From: Methylomonas sp. | GTDB lineage: Bacteria > Pseudomonadota > Gammaproteobacteria > Methylococcales > Methylomonadaceae | Length of the DNA: 33,299 bases | Direction of reading: 5' to 3' | Assembly (NCBI GenBank): GCA_028688235.1 | Contig: JAQTYP010000001.1 | Coordinates: 1-33,299 of the forward strand | Shown: in pieces, positions 27,489 through 33,299 of the stretch | How positions within the stretch are numbered: position 1 is the stretch's first letter | How the letters are laid out: every line of letters starts with the position of its first letter | Made by a program: the position numbers and the translations under genes | Notes under the pieces: generated by a model | Seen by the model: the letters and a program-made list of their open reading frames with translations, nothing else | The model's database searches: none | What the model was told of the DNA's origin: nothing

Positions 27489-28454
27489 ATGGTCATGAAA
27501 TGTGTTGCCTATGAGAACGGCATTAGTATTGGCGATATCACCATAGAAGACATCAGCGAAGTCTTGGAACGCGAGCATACGTTTGTTTGGCTGGGTCTGC
27601 GCGAAGCGAACCGCGAGGTGTTGCAAAAAATTCAGGAAGAGTTTGGTTTGCATGATTTAGCCATTGAAGATGCTTGTTTCGCCCATCAGCGGCCAAAGAT
27701 CGAGGAATTTGGCGACTCGGTATTCATAGTGTTGCATACTGCTCAACTGCGCGATGACAGTGTGGAATTTGGCGAAACCCATTTGTTTTTAGGCCCGCGT
27801 TTTTTGGTAACCGTTAGACATGGGGCTTCACAAAGTCTCAGCAAAGTCAGATCGCGTTGCGAGGCGATGCCGCAACAACTCGCCAAGGGCCCCGGCTTTA
27901 GCCTGTATTCCATCATGGATTTTATCGTCGATAACTACATGCCGGTAATCGATGGTTTGCAGGCTCGTTTCGACGTTTTGGAATCGGCTATCTTTCAATA
28001 CAAACCCAGTCGACAGACGATGGAAGGACTGTATGAGCTCAAGCGTGAGTTACTCCAGCTAGAAAGCGCCATCACCCCGGTTATCGATATCTGCAACGAG
28101 CTGATGCGTTTTCATGTCGGCATGATTCCCGAAGATGTGCTGGTGTATTTTCGCGACATTGCCGACCATATCAAACGCATTCAGCAAAACATCCACAGTA
28201 TGCGCGAAATGCTGTTGGCCGCCATGCAGGTACATTTGACCTTCGAGACGGTCAGGCAAAACGACGTGGTCAAAAAATTAGCCGGATGGGGGGCGATTTT
28301 AGCGATTCCGACCATGGTATTCAGTTGGTATGGCATGAACTTCAAACACATGCCGGAACTGGAATGGGAATACAGTTATCCCATTGTCATTAGCGGTGTG
28401 TTGCTGGGGAGCGCGCTACTGTATTGGCGTTTGAAAAGAGCTCGCTGGTTATAA
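27489..28454 (+). CDS. corA: CorA-family Mg2+/Co2+ transporter
   Basis: FGLHDLAIED, HQRPKIE, YGMNFKHMPEL, two C-terminal TM helices. Start uncertain (27453/27489/27495). Confidence 0.95.
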   Translation: MVMKCVAYENGISIGDITIEDISEVLEREHTFVWLGLREANREVLQKIQEEFGLHDLAIEDACFAHQRPKIEEFGDSVFIVLHTAQLRDDSVEFGETHLFLGPRFLVTVRHGASQSLSKVRSRCEAMPQQLAKGPGFSLYSIMDFIVDNYMPVIDGLQARFDVLESAIFQYKPSRQTMEGLYELKRELLQLESAITPVIDICNELMRFHVGMIPEDVLVYFRDIADHIKRIQQNIHSMREMLLAAMQVHLTFETVRQNDVVKKLAGWGAILAIPTMVFSWYGMNFKHMPELEWEYSYPIVISGVLLGSALLYWRLKRARWL

Positions 28455-28497
28455 ACCAGCGCAATCAACATCGGCGTTCGCCATTACCCAAGACGTA

Positions 28498-28743
28498 GTG
28501 ACTGTCTATTTGGTTCATCAGGGAACGCTAGAGCAATATGTCTTTTTAGAACACGGCGCACATTATGCCATTGGTGCATTGGCCGCCATTATGCTGGTAA
28601 GCATGCGACATGAAGTGCCAGAGGCTGTCACAGGATTGGTTGGCGCTGTTTTTATTGCGCTATCTATCCTGTCTTCGGTGCTTTATAGGCGTAAACATGC
28701 CATCGTCGTTCGAACACATTTCAAGCGTCCTAATCCGTCATAA
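28498..28743 (+). pseudogene. C-terminal fragment of a DUF475 (TerC-like) membrane protein
   Basis: TVYLVHQGTLEQYVFLEHGAHYAIGALA...VPEAVTGLVG matches the DUF475 C-terminus as recalled. No N-terminal part and no clear RBS. Confidence 0.7.
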
Positions 28744-28770
28744 TCGTAAGCGATGGATCGATTAAAACCG

Positions 28771-29805
28771 TTATGGGCCGTCTCTTTCAATGACGACGAT
28801 TTCCCGCAGCAGCGCGGTGGCATAGCTGCCGGCGGGTAGTTCGAAGGACAAACGCAACTGGCTGTCTTCGAATTGCCAAAGCAAATTGATGGGTTTGACG
28901 CGTAAGGCTCGCCGGTCGGCTTCCAGTCCCGATTTCAGCAAGCCGTCGGCAAGTTCCGTCTGCATGGAGATGATGCGCTGTTCCAATTCCTGAGCGTCGC
29001 CGCCGGGGCGATTATCGCCTTTGCCTAACATGGCGCCGGTGGGGTGAATATCGCCCGTTTCCACGCGATTCGCCAGCGCCGTATCGATCTGATCCGCACG
29101 AAAAACACTGTGGCTTTGATCCAACTGCAATATGTCGCCTGGGACGGCTCTGTTCCAGGTTTGCGAATTGAAACGTTCGGCTAGAATCAGATTGAACAGA
29201 TAGGAGCGTGCGGCGGATAAATAAATCGAGCGCTGTTCGGGTTTGACTCGTTGCCCCCGAAACATCGTCAAGGCTTTGTCGACGTTGCGCCCTTGGTGGC
29301 CGAAGCGTTGCTCGCCGAAGTAATTGGGGAAACCGTGCGCTCGAATGGCTTGCAGTTGTGCCTCGGCTCGTTCGCGGTCGCCTTGCCAGTTTCGGATCAA
29401 TAGTTCGAATCGGTTGCCGCTCAGCACGCCGCGTTTTAGTTTGCGGGCATGGCGGGTAACGGTCAGGATTTTGAGGTTTTCGCTTTCTAAGGGAGACCAA
29501 TCGGGAGTGTCTTTTCCGGGCAGCCAGACGCTAAACCATTGCCGGGTGCGTCCGTGGCGATCTTTCAGGCCGGCGTAGCCGATGTCGCGTTGTCTGACGC
29601 CGGCATGCCTGGCTAACAAACGGGCGACGTATTCGGTATTTTCGCCTATCTTTTCGATATGTAGAAACACATGTTCGCCTTCGCCTTCCGGTGCGAAAGG
29701 CAGAATCTCTTCGACGACGAAGTCGTCGGGTTCCGCTTTAATTTTGCCGCTGCCGGACGGGCCGCCGTAGGCGTAAGGCCATTCCGGCAAGGTGGAATCG
29801 GACAC
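28771..29805 (-). CDS. truD: tRNA pseudouridine(13) synthase
   Basis: DFVVEE, GEGEH, YAGLKDRH, GNRF, PNYFGEQRFG, SAARSYLFN, LPAGSYAT. Confidence 0.98.
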   Translation of the reverse strand: MSDSTLPEWPYAYGGPSGSGKIKAEPDDFVVEEILPFAPEGEGEHVFLHIEKIGENTEYVARLLARHAGVRQRDIGYAGLKDRHGRTRQWFSVWLPGKDTPDWSPLESENLKILTVTRHARKLKRGVLSGNRFELLIRNWQGDRERAEAQLQAIRAHGFPNYFGEQRFGHQGRNVDKALTMFRGQRVKPEQRSIYLSAARSYLFNLILAERFNSQTWNRAVPGDILQLDQSHSVFRADQIDTALANRVETGDIHPTGAMLGKGDNRPGGDAQELEQRIISMQTELADGLLKSGLEADRRALRVKPINLLWQFEDSQLRLSFELPAGSYATALLREIVVIERDGP

Positions 29806-29807
29806 GA

Positions 29808-30278
29808 TTATTGCTCTATCAACACCGCCGCCTGCACCGCGATGCCTTCCTTGCGGCCTTCGAAGCCCAGCTTTTCGGTGGTGGTGGCTTTGACGTTGAT
29901 ATTATTGACGTCGGTCGCCAAGTCGGCCGCGATATTGGCTCTCATGGCGTCGATATGAGGCAGCATTTTCGGGGCTTGGGCGATAATCGTAATATCGGCG
30001 TTGATCAGTTTGTAGCCTTTTTGTTGCACGATGTGATAAACGTGGCGCAGTAAGACCCGGCTGTCGGCGCCTTCGAACGCGGGGTCGGTGTCCGGAAAGT
30101 GCTTGCCTATGTCGCCCAGTGCGGCGGCTCCTAACAGCGCGTCGGCTAAGGCGTGCAGTACTACGTCTCCGTCGGAATGCGCGATCAAACCATTTTCGTA
30201 AGGTATGCTTACGCCGCCCAGAATGATCTTGTCGCCTTCTCCGAAACGATGCACATCATAACCTTGGCCTATTCTCAT
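29808..30278 (-). CDS. ispF: 2-C-methyl-D-erythritol 2,4-cyclodiphosphate synthase
   Basis: [36 protein letters not shown]. Confidence 0.98.
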   Translation of the reverse strand: MRIGQGYDVHRFGEGDKIILGGVSIPYENGLIAHSDGDVVLHALADALLGAAALGDIGKHFPDTDPAFEGADSRVLLRHVYHIVQQKGYKLINADITIIAQAPKMLPHIDAMRANIAADLATDVNNINVKATTTEKLGFEGRKEGIAVQAAVLIEQ

Positions 30279-30303
30279 TTTTGCTCTCTTAGGTATAAAA
30301 GGA

Positions 30304-31653
30304 TCAATTCAATTTTGCGCTAATCAACAAACCGGCAACCGGATTGCCGAGTTCCATGCGTAGGATTACGATGCGCAGTGCCAGCAAGCTGAGGTCGCAA
30401 GCACTCAATGTTTGTTCGACGTAATCCGCGCAATGCGAATAACGCCCGTGCGGATTTAGCTTGAAATTCAGCGGGTCGTCGCCCTGGTATTGTTCCAGGG
30501 TAAAAACCAGGCAGCCGTTCTTTTTTAGCGCTTGGCGCGCAGCCAGGAAAAAGTGGCGCAGTTCGCCGAAATAACAAAGGGTATCGGCGGAAACGATCAA
30601 GTCGAATGCAGCGTTAAAGCGCCCCAGGTAGTCGACTAATTCGGCTGGCGTTAATTCATCGTATAAGCTTCGGCCTCTGGCTTTTTCCAGCATCGCCTGG
30701 GACAAATCGACGCCGATCAACTTACGAGCATAGGGTTTCAAAAAATCGCCGCATAATCCCGTGCCGCAGCCTGCGTCGAGTATTGTCAGTTGATGGCGTG
30801 GTTCGGGGTAAATCGCTGCAACCGCTTCTGCGGTCAATTCCGGTGCGCGGTAGTCTAGCCCCTTTAATACTTCGTCGAAACTATCGGCAAAGCCATCGAA
30901 AGTTTGTTGCACATAGGCATCCGAGGCTCGGTCTGGGATATCGTCCCCGCGCACGGCAAGCAGAAAATGTTTTGCGACTGGATTGTCCGGTTCAACTGCT
31001 AGCCATTTGGCCAATACGTCTTGAGCCTTGGAGAATTTTCCACTACGCCGCAACATATTCCATAAGGTCTCGTAGACCTCCGGTTGCTTGGGTTTCAGTG
31101 CAATCGAGCGCATATAGGTTTCGACCGCTTTCTCTATCTCCAGCTGGTTTTGATAGGTATTACCTAAATTGTGTAAGCAATCGGCATTGTCGGGGGCCAA
31201 TGCTACGGCCTGTTCCAGCATGCGGGCGGATTCTTCCAGTTCGCCTTTTAATCTAAGTACGACGCCAAGATTATTGTAGGCGTTGATATGACTGGGGTCG
31301 GTTGCGATCACCTTGCGGTAGGTCGCGGCTGCCCTTGTCGTGTCGCCGGTTTCTTTATAAATATTTCCCAAATTCATACGGGCATCGAGATAATCCGGAT
31401 TCGATTTCAGCGCCCGTTCGATGCGAGCGATAGCTTCCTTGCTACGTCCGCGTTGGTGCAACAAAACCCCGAAAAAATGCAGCGCGTCCGGATTCGACGG
31501 ATGGATTTTTAATATAGCCTGGTAGGCTTTTTCGGCTTCGTCCAGGCGGCCTTGGCGATGTACGTCTATGGCGGCTTTAAGCCTTTCGGCGCTGCCGCCG
31601 TGTTTAAGGCGATCGTTCTGGAGTTGCGGAAACTCGGGCTTTTTCGGGGACAT
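30304..31653 (-). CDS. TPR-repeat protein with C-terminal SAM-dependent methyltransferase
   Basis: About 6 TPRs, then FDGFADSFD...[34 protein letters not shown]. Confidence 0.92.
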   Translation of the reverse strand: MSPKKPEFPQLQNDRLKHGGSAERLKAAIDVHRQGRLDEAEKAYQAILKIHPSNPDALHFFGVLLHQRGRSKEAIARIERALKSNPDYLDARMNLGNIYKETGDTTRAAATYRKVIATDPSHINAYNNLGVVLRLKGELEESARMLEQAVALAPDNADCLHNLGNTYQNQLEIEKAVETYMRSIALKPKQPEVYETLWNMLRRSGKFSKAQDVLAKWLAVEPDNPVAKHFLLAVRGDDIPDRASDAYVQQTFDGFADSFDEVLKGLDYRAPELTAEAVAAIYPEPRHQLTILDAGCGTGLCGDFLKPYARKLIGVDLSQAMLEKARGRSLYDELTPAELVDYLGRFNAAFDLIVSADTLCYFGELRHFFLAARQALKKNGCLVFTLEQYQGDDPLNFKLNPHGRYSHCADYVEQTLSACDLSLLALRIVILRMELGNPVAGLLISAKLN

Positions 31654-31659
31654 GCCGGT

Positions 31660-32361
31660 TTATCGCTTAGCCTGTTGCTCGAAATAAAACTCGGCCAATG
31701 CTAAATCTTCCGGACGGGTGATTTTGATGTTGTCCGGCCGACCTTCGACGATCTTCGGCTGAAAGCCCAAGAGCTCCAGCGCACTGGCTTCATCGGTGAC
31801 GGCAGGGTTGCCTTCGGTTTGCTGCAAGGCGTCGCGCAACATGCCGTATTTGAACATTTGCGGCGTCAGGGCGCGCCAGACATGCTTTCTGTCTATCGTC
31901 GCGGTGATCGTGTTGCCGTCCACGTGTTTCAGCGTGTCGTGTGAAGACAGGGCCAGGATGCCGCCGACCGCGTCGTCTTTCAGCGTGGCTATCTGCAATT
32001 GGATATCGCCGGCAGTCAGACAGGGGCGGGCCGCGTCGTGCACCAGCACCCAGTCGTTTTCGCCGGCTTCGCCTTGTAGTGATTTCAGTGCGGACAATAC
32101 CGAATCGGCGCGTTCCTTGCCTCCGGGTGCGGTAATCACATTGGGGTGTTTGGAGATGGCCAATTCCGGCCAATAAGGATCTTCGGTGGAAATGGCCACG
32201 GCTACGGCCTGAAAGGCGCCGGAGTCTAATAATCTCGACAGCGTGTGTTCTATGACGGTCTTGCCGGCCAGGGGGAGATATTGTTTGGGGCGGTCGGCCT
32301 GCATGCGTTTGCCGACACCGGCCGCGGGCACCACGGCCCAGCATTGTATAGTTGAATTCAT
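31660..32361 (-). CDS. ispD: 2-C-methyl-D-erythritol 4-phosphate cytidylyltransferase
   Basis: PAAGVGKRM...[27 protein letters not shown]. Confidence 0.98.
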   Translation of the reverse strand: MNSTIQCWAVVPAAGVGKRMQADRPKQYLPLAGKTVIEHTLSRLLDSGAFQAVAVAISTEDPYWPELAISKHPNVITAPGGKERADSVLSALKSLQGEAGENDWVLVHDAARPCLTAGDIQLQIATLKDDAVGGILALSSHDTLKHVDGNTITATIDRKHVWRALTPQMFKYGMLRDALQQTEGNPAVTDEASALELLGFQPKIVEGRPDNIKITRPEDLALAEFYFEQQAKR

Positions 32362-32364
32362 GCT

Positions 32365-32634
32365 CTACTCAAGCACTTGAAAGAAAGTTTCATTTTCCTT
32401 GATCATGCCCAATTCGTAACGGGCGCGTTCTTCTATGGTTTCCAAGCCGCGGCGCAAGTCCAGTACCTCGGCGTATAGCGAGTCGTTGCGCTCCTTTTTC
32501 TCCTGTATTTCCTTGTTTAATTCATCCAGGCGCTGGCGGTATTCGCTGATTTGCGAAACGCTGGCGTCGCCTAACCACAACCGATATTGGAAGTGAATGA
32601 TCAAGCCGATGATGAGCAGGATGATGTATCTGAT
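32365..32634 (-). CDS. ftsB: Cell division protein FtsB
   Basis: QYRLWLG...RNDSLYAEVLDL...IEERARYELGMIK.NETF, between eno and ispD. Extended to ATC 32634 to restore the TM helix; the ORF track starts at TTG 32604. Confidence 0.92.
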   Translation of the reverse strand: MRYIILLIIGLIIHFQYRLWLGDASVSQISEYRQRLDELNKEIQEKKERNDSLYAEVLDLRRGLETIEERARYELGMIKENETFFQVLE

Positions 32635-32648
32635 GATGGCTTCTCGAT

Positions 32649-32725
32649 GTAGGTTGGGTTAGGCGTTAGCCGTAACCCAACACTCAAAACATAACGTTGG
32701 GTTACGCTTTGCTAACCCAACCTAC
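32649..32725. repeat. GTAG-type REP doublet (REPIN-like) between eno and ftsB
   Basis: GTAGGTTGGGTTAG...TAACCCAAC, spacer, then GTTGGGTTA...CTAACCCAACCTAC in inverted orientation. Confidence 0.88.
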
Positions 32726-32731
32726 GCTATT

Positions 32732-33298
<567 letters not shown>

Positions 33299-33299
33299 C

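Noticed and set aside
27489-28454. Copper-repressible CorA of methanotrophs
   Set aside because: Name coincidence only. The GMN motif and TM layout identify the Mg2+ transporter.

Overview
Gammaproteobacterial chromosome segment. It is probably from a Methylococcales methanotroph (Methylomonas-like), inferred from gene content and repeat families. Four blocks run left to right. (1) The 3' part of ppa, then a Mo-nitrogenase cluster: a divergent SIR2-like gene, then nifH, nifD, nifK, nifT, ferredoxin, a small ORF, lrv and a hypothetical gene. The cluster is driven by back-to-back sigma54 promoters with NifA-type enhancers and is bracketed by two independent insertions of a 145-146 bp MITE with 8-bp target duplications. 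(2) rof, a membrane protein and a GAF-PAS-GGDEF-EAL protein. (3) An accessory cell-surface/copper island: copAB followed by two divergent cassettes. Each cassette pairs a ~740 aa secreted di-heme bCcP/MauG-family (SACCP/CorB-like) enzyme with two VPLPA/PEP-CTERM surface proteins. This is the best candidate for an undescribed system. Exported hypothetical proteins, a Mg transporter and two gene fragments follow. (4) The core eno-ftsB-ispD-(TPR/methyltransferase)-ispF-truD operon on the minus strand, where ftsB apparently starts at a non-canonical ATC codon. No rRNA, tRNA, CRISPR array or transposase gene was seen. All family assignments come from motifs recognised by eye; no database search was run.
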